Shown here one piece after another: positions 29,441 through 39,704 of a stretch of DNA of 64,000 nt. The notes under the pieces are model-generated. The model was given only the letters and a program-made list of their open reading frames with translations, had not been told where the DNA came from and searched no databases. The stretch is taken from contig CBFDTD010000002.1 in the NCBI GenBank assembly GCA_965612745.1, positions 36 to 64,035 of the forward strand, given 5' to 3'. Each line of letters opens with the position of its first letter. Positions within the stretch are counted from its first letter, which is position 1. Position numbers and translations under genes: made by a program. The DNA is from an uncultured bacterium (lineage in GTDB: Bacteria > Chloroflexota > Anaerolineae > B4-G1).

Positions 29441-29708
29441 CCGTTTTGCCCTTTCTCGCTAATTCGCTGGTTCGCCGAGGGATGGTTCAGAATGAATTGA
29501 CACTTTCTCACGCGGCCCGCACGGGCATGAAGTGCCCGTGCTACGAAGTGGCGCCCGACGAGTCGGGCTTACGCCGCAACACAGCAGGAAAACGGTCTTT
29601 GCGGCAAGTAAGGGGGATTGATCCCCCGCTGCTCTGTAGCCCGGCGACTTCATCGCCGGGCGGCGGTGTGCAGCAGACATCAAAGTGTCACCCTATTTTC
29701 GCCTGTAA

Positions 29709-30641
29709 TTGAACCATCCCCTCGCCGATATGGATATGAACGAGTTGCTAGAGCAATTTCTGACCCACCTGCGGGTAACCAGGAACGCCTCGCCTTATAC
29801 GATCAAGAACTATAGCAACGACATCGGCCAGTTTCTGGACTACTGTCGGACCAAGGGGGTGGGTTCGCTGGAGCAGGTGGACCGTTCGCTGCTGCGGGGT
29901 TACCTGGCGGAACTGGACGCCGTCGGCTACGTCAAAGCCAGCATCGCCCGCCGCGTGGCGGAACTGCGCTCTTTCGGCGACTTCCTGGTGCGGGAGGGAG
30001 TGCTGGAGCGCAACACCTTTCGCACGGTCAGCGCCCCCCGTGTCCCCAAACGGCTGCCGCACTACCTGACAGTCGCCGAGGTGGAGGCGCTGCTGGCGGT
30101 GCCCGATACGTCCACCCCACGGGGCCTGCGCGACCGCGCCATCATCGAGGTGCTGTACGCAGCGGGCCTGCGGGTCAGTGAGTTGGTGGGGTTGAACGTG
30201 GCGGATGTGGATCTGCATCAGGCCCTGGTGCACGTGGTGGGGAAGGGGGGCAAGGAGCGCATCGGGCTGTTGGGGCGACCGGCGGTGCAGGCATTGCGGG
30301 CGTATTTGAAGGTGGGGCGTCCGGCGTTGCTGGGGCAGCGGCCAACCAACGCGCTGTGGCTCAACCACCGAGGTGGTCGCCTGACGACGCGCGGGGTGGC
30401 GCTGATATTGAGTAGGGCGGGCAAGCAAGCAGGCATCCGCACGCCTGTCTCTCCCCACATTCTGCGCCACTCCTTCGCCACGCATCTTCTGGATGGAGGT
30501 GCCGACCTGCGTATAGTGCAGGAATTGTTGGGCCACGCCAATCTCGCCACAACCCAAATCTACACTCACGTCAGTCAAAGTCGGGCGCGGGAGGTTTACA
30601 TGCGAGCACACCCGCGGGCTGGAACCTCCGATTTGCCCTAG
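29709..30641 (+). CDS. xerC: tyrosine recombinase XerC/XerD family
   Basis: R...HxxR...Y active-site pattern (ILRHSFATHLL...HANLATTQIYTHV). Confidence 0.85.
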   Translation: MNHPLADMDMNELLEQFLTHLRVTRNASPYTIKNYSNDIGQFLDYCRTKGVGSLEQVDRSLLRGYLAELDAVGYVKASIARRVAELRSFGDFLVREGVLERNTFRTVSAPRVPKRLPHYLTVAEVEALLAVPDTSTPRGLRDRAIIEVLYAAGLRVSELVGLNVADVDLHQALVHVVGKGGKERIGLLGRPAVQALRAYLKVGRPALLGQRPTNALWLNHRGGRLTTRGVALILSRAGKQAGIRTPVSPHILRHSFATHLLDGGADLRIVQELLGHANLATTQIYTHVSQSRAREVYMRAHPRAGTSDLP

Positions 30642-30745
30642 TCGCCGCTTTATGGTAAAGTATTAGTGTGCTGGTGGCACCTGTAGTACAATGAGCATAG
30701 TGAGGATGCCTGCATAGGGAGATAGGCATAGACAAGGGGGCAAAG

Positions 30746-31804
30746 ATGGACAACATCCTGCAATTCGTTCAGCAGCGCAGGACCTCGGTGGCGCTGATCG
30801 GCGGGGTCGTGCTGGGGCTGCTCCTGGGATTGGCTATCGGCTGGTGGTGGTGGCCGGTCCAGTGGACTAATTCCACGCCCAGCAACCTGCGCTCCGATTT
30901 CCAGAGTGATTACATCCTCTGGGTTGCCGAGCACTACGCAACCACCGGTGACCTGGAATGGGCGCGCAGCAAATTGGGTGTGGAGTACTGGAAGGAAGGC
31001 CAACTGGCCGAGACGCTGGAGCGGCTGGCGCAGGATCGCGGCGGGCAGGAGGCGGTGCGCCTGCGAGCCTTGAAGCAGGCCCTGGAGCCTCAACCCGAAG
31101 CCACACCGGTCGCGCCGACGGTGAGTTTTTGGGCAAGGCTGCGCCCGATAGCGGCAGTTTGCGGTGTTGGCTTGTTGGTGCTGGCGCTTGTGGGGGGAGC
31201 GTTGCTCCTCTTCAGCCGATGGAGCAGTCAACGTGCCGCGCGGGGGCCGGTGGAGCGGGGCAGGGGGATAGCCGAAGTCCCTCCCCTCGAACGGGTTTCC
31301 TGGGGTGCTGAAGGCCCGCCCCTGGCTCAGTTCGTCACGACTTATAAACTGGGGGATGATCACTACGATCCCTCGTTTAGCATCGAACTGGACAGCGGCG
31401 AGTTCATGGGCGAGTGCGGCGTGGGCATCTCGGAGACCATCGGCGTGGGCGCACCCAACAAAGTCACCGCTTTTGAGATTTGGCTGTTTGACAAGAACGA
31501 CATCCGCACTGTGACCAAGGTGCTGATGTCGGACTATGCTTTCCACGACGAGGCGTTGCGTGCCAAATTGGCCCCCAAGGGAGAGCCGGTGCTGGCCGAG
31601 GTGGGGAAGGATGTGATCCTGGAGACAAAGATGCTGCGTTTGCGGGCGCGCGTCGTGGAGGCGGAGTACGGGACGGGGAATCTGCCCCCTGACAGTTTCT
31701 TCGAGAGATTGACGGTGGACCTGGCAGCCTGGGTCAAGCCGGAGGAGGAGGAAACACGGCCAGCGCCTGAGGTTGGTGCTCCCGTTACGCCGCCTACACT
31801 GTAG
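30746..31804 (+). CDS. hypothetical membrane protein (2 TM, WWWWP motif)
   Basis: 352-aa ORF, N-terminal TM helix plus a second TM around residue 130. Confidence 0.55.
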   Translation: MDNILQFVQQRRTSVALIGGVVLGLLLGLAIGWWWWPVQWTNSTPSNLRSDFQSDYILWVAEHYATTGDLEWARSKLGVEYWKEGQLAETLERLAQDRGGQEAVRLRALKQALEPQPEATPVAPTVSFWARLRPIAAVCGVGLLVLALVGGALLLFSRWSSQRAARGPVERGRGIAEVPPLERVSWGAEGPPLAQFVTTYKLGDDHYDPSFSIELDSGEFMGECGVGISETIGVGAPNKVTAFEIWLFDKNDIRTVTKVLMSDYAFHDEALRAKLAPKGEPVLAEVGKDVILETKMLRLRARVVEAEYGTGNLPPDSFFERLTVDLAAWVKPEEEETRPAPEVGAPVTPPTL

Positions 31805-31889
31805 TTGACAAGATTGGCCCTAGCGTGGACTGCGTGGATAGACACCCTTGCCGTGGCAGCGCGGCGGGGGTGTTCGCTTGGGGGGAGCG

Positions 31890-32534
31890 ATGCGACGTCT
31901 ACTGCGGGCCTTTCTGCGGCTCTTCTTCCGTCTGCTGTATAACGAGTTCGCCTGGGCCTATGACCTGGTATCGTGGGTGGTCTCGTTGGGACAGTGGCAG
32001 GCGTGGGAGCGTACGGCGATTCCATACCTGCGGGGCGGGCGGGTGCTGGAACTGGCTCACGGCCCCGGTCACCTGCTGATAGCGATGGCGGAACACGGTC
32101 TGGCCCCGGTGGGGCTTGACCTCTCGCCATACATGGGACACCTGGCGCGGCGGCGGTTGAGGAGGGCCGGGCTGGCCGTCCCGCTGGTGCGGGCCCGTGC
32201 GCAAGCGATTCCCTTCCGCGACGGATGCTTCGACAGCGCCGTCGCCACCTTCCCCGCCGAATTCATCCTGGACCCCCGTACATTGCGGGAGACTGCACGT
32301 GTGCTGCGATCAGATGGTCGGCTGGTCATTGCGGCCTGGGCCCGCCTGAGTGAGCACGACCCGCTCTCTCGCCTCCTCAGGTGGCTCTATCGGGTGACGG
32401 GGCAGGGAGAGTCACTTTCTGGCGGCGGTGAGGCGATGCTGATAGAGGCGGAGTTCGTTCAGCGCACCGTGTGGGAGCGGGTGGGGCGTAGTGAGGTGAT
32501 GCTGATCGTGGCGGATAAGCAGCGACGATGTTAG
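31890..32534 (+). CDS. class I SAM-dependent methyltransferase (type 11)
   Basis: VLELAHGPGH motif I; start trimmed to MRRLLRAF. Confidence 0.75.
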   Translation: MRRLLRAFLRLFFRLLYNEFAWAYDLVSWVVSLGQWQAWERTAIPYLRGGRVLELAHGPGHLLIAMAEHGLAPVGLDLSPYMGHLARRRLRRAGLAVPLVRARAQAIPFRDGCFDSAVATFPAEFILDPRTLRETARVLRSDGRLVIAAWARLSEHDPLSRLLRWLYRVTGQGESLSGGGEAMLIEAEFVQRTVWERVGRSEVMLIVADKQRRC

Positions 32535-32663
32535 AGGAGGTCCGGCTGGAGCGAGTGGGAGAGAGGTCGGACGCTCGCTTCGGCGGGGTTCCCCGGCTGA
32601 AGCCGGAGCGCCCAGTAGAGCCGTTTGCCCCTTCGCGGGCTTTGTGGTAAAATAAAAGCGCGC

Positions 32664-32740
32664 GGTGGGTGTGGCCTAATGGTTAAGGCACCTGGTTGTG
32701 GCCCAGGAGATTGTGGGTTCGAATCCCATCACTCACCCCA
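32664..32740 (+). tRNA. tRNA-His (GTG) with G-1 and encoded CCA
   Basis: manual folding: acceptor GTGGGTG/CACTCAC, D arm GCC/GGC, anticodon loop TTGTGGC, T arm GTGGG TTCGAAT CCCAT. Confidence 0.85.
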
Positions 32741-32741
32741 G

Positions 32742-32768
32742 AAAGCCGGACTTGATCCGGCTTTCATT
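32742..32768 (+). terminator. rho-independent terminator AAAGCCGGA-cttgat-CCGGCTTTC followed by a T-rich tail
   Basis: perfect 9-bp stem followed by ATTAT. Confidence 0.7.
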
Positions 32769-32779
32769 ATACACCAACC

Positions 32780-32852
32780 GCCCCCGTAGCTCAACGGATA
32801 GAGCGTCGGACTTCGAATCCGCAGGTTGCGCGTTCGAATCGCGCCGGGGGCG
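32780..32852 (+). tRNA. tRNA-Arg (TCG)
   Basis: acceptor GCCCCCG/CGGGGGC, D arm GCTC/GAGC, anticodon loop CTTCGAA, T arm GCGCG TTCGAAT CGCGC; one T-C mismatch at the top of the anticodon stem. Confidence 0.7.
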
Positions 32853-32886
32853 CCTGGGAGAACGGGCATAGCACGTCGGGTGTGTT

Positions 32887-33432
<546 letters not shown>

Positions 33433-33440
33433 CGCAGTGC

Positions 33441-34496
33441 CTATATGACGTATATCGGACTGCTGAAGATCCAGCCCCGATGCCCCAGGTGGTAATTGCG
33501 GTAGCCTTCGACACGATATACGCCTGGTTCGGCGGTGGTGTATTTAAGATGTCGCCCTCTGACCCGGGCCACCACCCTCCCGTTGAGCAGCAGACGGATG
33601 TCGGCGCTGTGGGGCGTCTGGACCTCAAAAATGACCGCCCCCGTGCGTACCAGTTCATCGCCCATCAGCGCGTAGTTGGCACCGCTGCGGGCGTGGAAGC
33701 GGAAGCCAGTTGTGGGGACTGGCAGGTCGTAGCCCACCCAGGTGTGGCCGGCCCGCAACGCGCTGTAGACCAGCGGTTTATCGTGTTCCAGGAGGCCATT
33801 GAGTGGACGGTCGGTGAGGATGTGGGTATTGACGCAGCGGAAGAGATACTCGTAGGGGAACACCACGCGACGAAGGGGCCCCAGCGAATAGGTGGTGCCG
33901 TGGGCATCGGAACCGCCGATGGCAGCGATGCGCTTTCCCTGGGAGAGCAGTTCGTCCCACTGGCGCAGTGTGGCTCTGAATGGCCCACGGATGCCCCGGG
34001 CCGGAAAGTAGGCGTAGTAGACCGCCGCCAGTTTGTTGTGCATAAGTCCCTTGAACTCGGACATGTAGTTCCAGATTTCGAGCCCTGTGTATCCTGTGAC
34101 GTCCCAATCGGCCCACGAGATGGCGACCAGATCAGGGCTGATAGGGCTGCGGTATTCGAAAGGGTGGGCCAGGTAGCAGAAACCGCCTCGCCGGTTCACT
34201 TCGTCAATCAAGCCCTGTGGGTCCGAGGCCAGGGGAGCCAACTCAGCCTCGGCGTTGTAGACCAGGAGGTGGTTGGCTTGAGGTCGGCGGCGCACGTCGT
34301 GGATCTCCTCGCCCACCAGGAGCAGTACCTTGTCATAATAACCCTCGACTCCGTCTACCCACACGTTGTGGTCGGTGACGATGACGAAGTCGAGCCCGGC
34401 CTTGGCCGCCGCCTGTGCGACCTCAGCGTGGAGGGCCTCCCCGTCCGAGTAGGGGGTATGCACGTGAGGATTGCCCACGTATTCGTAGATGCTCAT
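33441..34496 (-). CDS. PHP-domain metal-dependent phosphoesterase (CehA/McbA-like)
   Basis: HVHTPYSDG, VTDHN, GGSDAHG motifs; start trimmed to MSIYEY. Confidence 0.8.
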   Translation of the reverse strand: MSIYEYVGNPHVHTPYSDGEALHAEVAQAAAKAGLDFVIVTDHNVWVDGVEGYYDKVLLLVGEEIHDVRRRPQANHLLVYNAEAELAPLASDPQGLIDEVNRRGGFCYLAHPFEYRSPISPDLVAISWADWDVTGYTGLEIWNYMSEFKGLMHNKLAAVYYAYFPARGIRGPFRATLRQWDELLSQGKRIAAIGGSDAHGTTYSLGPLRRVVFPYEYLFRCVNTHILTDRPLNGLLEHDKPLVYSALRAGHTWVGYDLPVPTTGFRFHARSGANYALMGDELVRTGAVIFEVQTPHSADIRLLLNGRVVARVRGRHLKYTTAEPGVYRVEGYRNYHLGHRGWIFSSPIYVI

Positions 34497-34599
34497 AGGT
34501 GTGAATCTCCTTCTGCGCGAAGTCGCGCACTGCTCGTCGCCACAACCGTTGTTCCTCGGTCCAGCCAAAGTCCATATCCCTGCCTCCTGCATCCTGACT

Positions 34600-35805
34600 C
34601 TACCACACCCGGCAGATCAACCCCTTCAGGTACGCCCCCTCCGGGAAGGTGAGCGCCACGGGATGATCGCTCCCCTGCGCCAGGTGGCCCACAATCTGTG
34701 CATCCCGCTCTGCATCCACCGCTGCGCCGAAGACGATCTTTTGGAACAAGTCGGCGGAGACCGCCCCCGAGCAGGAGCAGGTGAACAGCACACCACCCGG
34801 TCGGAGCAACTGGAAGGCGAGTAGATTGACATCTTTGTAGGCCCGCGCTGCTCGCTTTACCTCCCGCTCGCTGCGGGCGAACTTGGGTGGGTCGAGCACG
34901 ACCACATCGAATTTACGGCCCTGGGCACGGTAGCCACGCAGGACGCTGAAGACATCGCCCTCCACGTACTCAACGCTGCGATGCTCGAAGCCGTTGAGTG
35001 CAAAGTTGCGCTGCGCCAGGTCCAGTGCCGGGGCCGAACTCTCGACCAGCGTGACCTGTGCCGCCCCACCGGCTGCCGCGTGAACGCCGAAGGCTCCGCT
35101 GTAGGCGAAGACATCGAGTACTTCTGCTTCGTTGCAGAAGGCCGGCAACCGCCCCCGGTTCTCTCGCTGATCCAGGTAGAAGCCGGTCTTGTGGCCCCGC
35201 CGAATGTCCACCAGGAAGCGATGACCATTCTCCAGCACCTCTATTAACTCCGGCGGTTCCTCCCCCCACAGCGAACCGGTGCGCTGTTCTAGGCCCTCTT
35301 TCGTCCGTGCCTCTACATCGGAGCGTTCATAGATGCCTCGGGGTGCGAGCAGGTCCACCAGCGTGGCCACGATTTCGTCCCGCCACCGTTCCACGCCCAG
35401 TGTGAGGAACTGCACCACCAACCACTCGCTGTAGCGATCCACTACCAGCCCCGGCAGGTAATCCGATTCGGCGTGCACCAGCCGATAGGCGGTGGTGGTC
35501 GGGTCGTCGGCGAGGGTCTGGCGGGCGGCGACCGCTCGTGCCAGCCGCCGCCGCCAGAAAGCCCGGTCCACCGGCTCATCCTGCTGCCAGGTCAGCAGCC
35601 GCACCGCGATTTGGGAGCGCCGGTTGAGGTAGCCCCGCGCCAGCCAGTTGCGGCCCGCATCGCGTACCTCGACCACGTTGCCTTCAGATACCTCCCCTTC
35701 GATGCGCTCGATCGCGCCGGAGAAGATCCAGGGATGGCGCTGGAGCACCGGCCTGGCGCGATTGCGCTTGAGCACAACTGTCCCGCTCACACCGCCATTT
35801 GTCAT
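34600..35805 (-). CDS. rlmI: 23S rRNA (cytosine-C5)-methyltransferase RlmI-like (PUA plus class I methyltransferase)
   Basis: VLDVFAYSGAFG motif I, DPPKF motif IV. Confidence 0.85.
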   Translation of the reverse strand: MTNGGVSGTVVLKRNRARPVLQRHPWIFSGAIERIEGEVSEGNVVEVRDAGRNWLARGYLNRRSQIAVRLLTWQQDEPVDRAFWRRRLARAVAARQTLADDPTTTAYRLVHAESDYLPGLVVDRYSEWLVVQFLTLGVERWRDEIVATLVDLLAPRGIYERSDVEARTKEGLEQRTGSLWGEEPPELIEVLENGHRFLVDIRRGHKTGFYLDQRENRGRLPAFCNEAEVLDVFAYSGAFGVHAAAGGAAQVTLVESSAPALDLAQRNFALNGFEHRSVEYVEGDVFSVLRGYRAQGRKFDVVVLDPPKFARSEREVKRAARAYKDVNLLAFQLLRPGGVLFTCSCSGAVSADLFQKIVFGAAVDAERDAQIVGHLAQGSDHPVALTFPEGAYLKGLICRVW

Positions 35806-35828
35806 TTGTTCATTTGCTCATTTGTCAT

Positions 35829-37025
35829 TCAGATCACCCCCACCGCCTTCCCTGCCCGTTCGAAGACGTCCAGCGCGTAGGCGATATCCTCCTCCGAGTG
35901 ATCCACTGTCACGTTGGCCCGCAGCCGCGCCAGCCCGACCGGCACGGCGGGAGAGACCACCGGCAGCACGAAGAGACCCCCCTCCTGGCACGCCTTCGCC
36001 ATCTGAAAGGCTCGCTCGTCCTCGCCGCAGATGATGGGCACGATGGGGGTCTCGCTGTTGAGGGTGTTGAAGCCCCGCGCCTTGAGCCCGCCCAGGAAAA
36101 GTTCGACGTTGCGCTGGAGCATCTTCACGCGCCATGTCTCCTCCTCGATCACCTCGAACGATGCCTTGGCGGCGGCGGTCTGAGCCGGGGGCAGCGAGGC
36201 CGAGAAGACGAACGCCCGCGCTACGTGCTTCAGATACGTGATTATCTCCTGCTTTCCCGCCACGTACCCGCCCACGCTGGGGATGGGCTTGGAGAGCGTG
36301 CCCATGTACAGGTCAATGGCATTATTGAGCCCAAAGTGCTCCTCGATGCCGTGGCCCGTCTCGCCCAGCACGCCCACGCTGTGGGCCTCGTCCACCATCA
36401 ACAACGCGTCGTACTCGCGGCACAGCCGGCTTACCTCTGGTAGATTGATGACGTCGCCGTCCATGCTGAAGACGGCGTCCACGACGACCAGTTTGCCGGC
36501 GTTGGGGTCAGCCTGTTGCAGTCGCCGCTCCAGGCCGGCCATGTCGTTGTGGCGGAAGCGCACGAACTTGGCCTGGCTGAGCAGGCAGCCATCCACGATG
36601 CTGGCGTGGTTGTACTTGTCGCAGATGACGACGTCGTTGCGGCCCACGAGCGCGGACACGGTCGCCAGGTTGGTGACGTAGCCGCTGGAGTAAACGATGG
36701 CCGCCTCGGTCTTCTTGAAGCGGGCGATGGTCTCCTCCAGTTCGTCGTGCAGCGGCAACGTGCCGGCCAGGATGCGCACGCCGTGGGTACCCGTTCCATA
36801 GCGGGCCAGTGCCTCCTGCGCCGCCGCCGTGATCTTCGGATGTCCCAGCAGGCCCAGGTAACTGTAGCCGGCGAACAGGAGCATGCGCCGCCCGCCGGTT
36901 GTGACCCAGGCTCCGTCCAGTTCCTCCAGGGGTTGAAGGTAGAAATACCACCCGGCCTCTTTAACTTGGGCCACGCGCTCGTTCATTGCCTCAATGCGCT
37001 GTTGAATTGGATTCATAATTGCCAT
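35829..37025 (-). CDS. PLP-dependent 2-amino-3-ketobutyrate CoA ligase / 8-amino-7-oxononanoate synthase family
   Basis: SMDGD, TLSK PLP-lysine region. Confidence 0.85.
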   Translation of the reverse strand: MAIMNPIQQRIEAMNERVAQVKEAGWYFYLQPLEELDGAWVTTGGRRMLLFAGYSYLGLLGHPKITAAAQEALARYGTGTHGVRILAGTLPLHDELEETIARFKKTEAAIVYSSGYVTNLATVSALVGRNDVVICDKYNHASIVDGCLLSQAKFVRFRHNDMAGLERRLQQADPNAGKLVVVDAVFSMDGDVINLPEVSRLCREYDALLMVDEAHSVGVLGETGHGIEEHFGLNNAIDLYMGTLSKPIPSVGGYVAGKQEIITYLKHVARAFVFSASLPPAQTAAAKASFEVIEEETWRVKMLQRNVELFLGGLKARGFNTLNSETPIVPIICGEDERAFQMAKACQEGGLFVLPVVSPAVPVGLARLRANVTVDHSEEDIAYALDVFERAGKAVGVI

Positions 37026-37150
37026 ACCTCCGTAGAAATCTTTTGCCGATACTCAGGACTTGACTGTAGTAGCGACTTCAGTCGCTCTGATCTGGCTTTG
37101 AACGACTGAAGTCGTTACTACGAGCAAAATCGCCGGGGTCCGGTTTGCTG

Positions 37151-39376
<2,226 letters not shown>

Positions 39377-39402
39377 TCAGCAAGCGGTGGGCCTCTCTTT
39401 TG

Positions 39403-39645
39403 CCTTTTTCGCGCTCGCTCCTTTCGCGTTCGCTCCTTTCGCGTCCGCCCCTTTTGCGCCCGCCCCTTTCGCGTTCGCCCCTTTCGCGTCCGCCTTTTTC
39501 GCGTTCGCCCTTCTCGCGTCCGCCTTTTTCGCGTTCGCCCTTTTCGCGTCCGCCTTTTTCGTGTTCGCCCCTTTCGCGTTCGCCCTTTTCGTGTTCACCC
39601 TTTTCGCGTCCGCCTTTTTCGTGTTCGCACTTTCGCGATCCAAAC
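39403..39645. repeat. tandem array of about 16 copies of a 15-bp unit (consensus TTTCGCGTYCGCCCY) in the ligA / GT39 divergent intergenic region
   Basis: direct, contiguous repeats with no spacers. Confidence 0.85.
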
Positions 39646-39704
39646 GCTTCCCTGGGCGAACTGCCGGGCCGACTTTGCCGGGGTACGACTCTCTCTGAAC
39701 CCGC

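Noticed and set aside
29590-29660. tmRNA or tRNA-like 3' end (GGGGGATTGATCCCCC followed by GCTGC)
   Set aside because: No D-arm or anticodon arm, and no matching 5' acceptor at a suitable distance; the upstream sequence is topA coding. It is kept only as a structured region.
39377-39643. ORFs encoding AKKADAKRANAK- or PFAFAPFASA-type repeats
   Set aside because: They are generated by translating the 15-bp tandem repeat in different frames. There is no start-codon context, and both strands and all frames are open, so this is a DNA repeat rather than a gene.
39403-39645. CRISPR array
   Set aside because: The repeats are contiguous with no unique spacers, the unit is only 15 bp, and there are no cas genes nearby.
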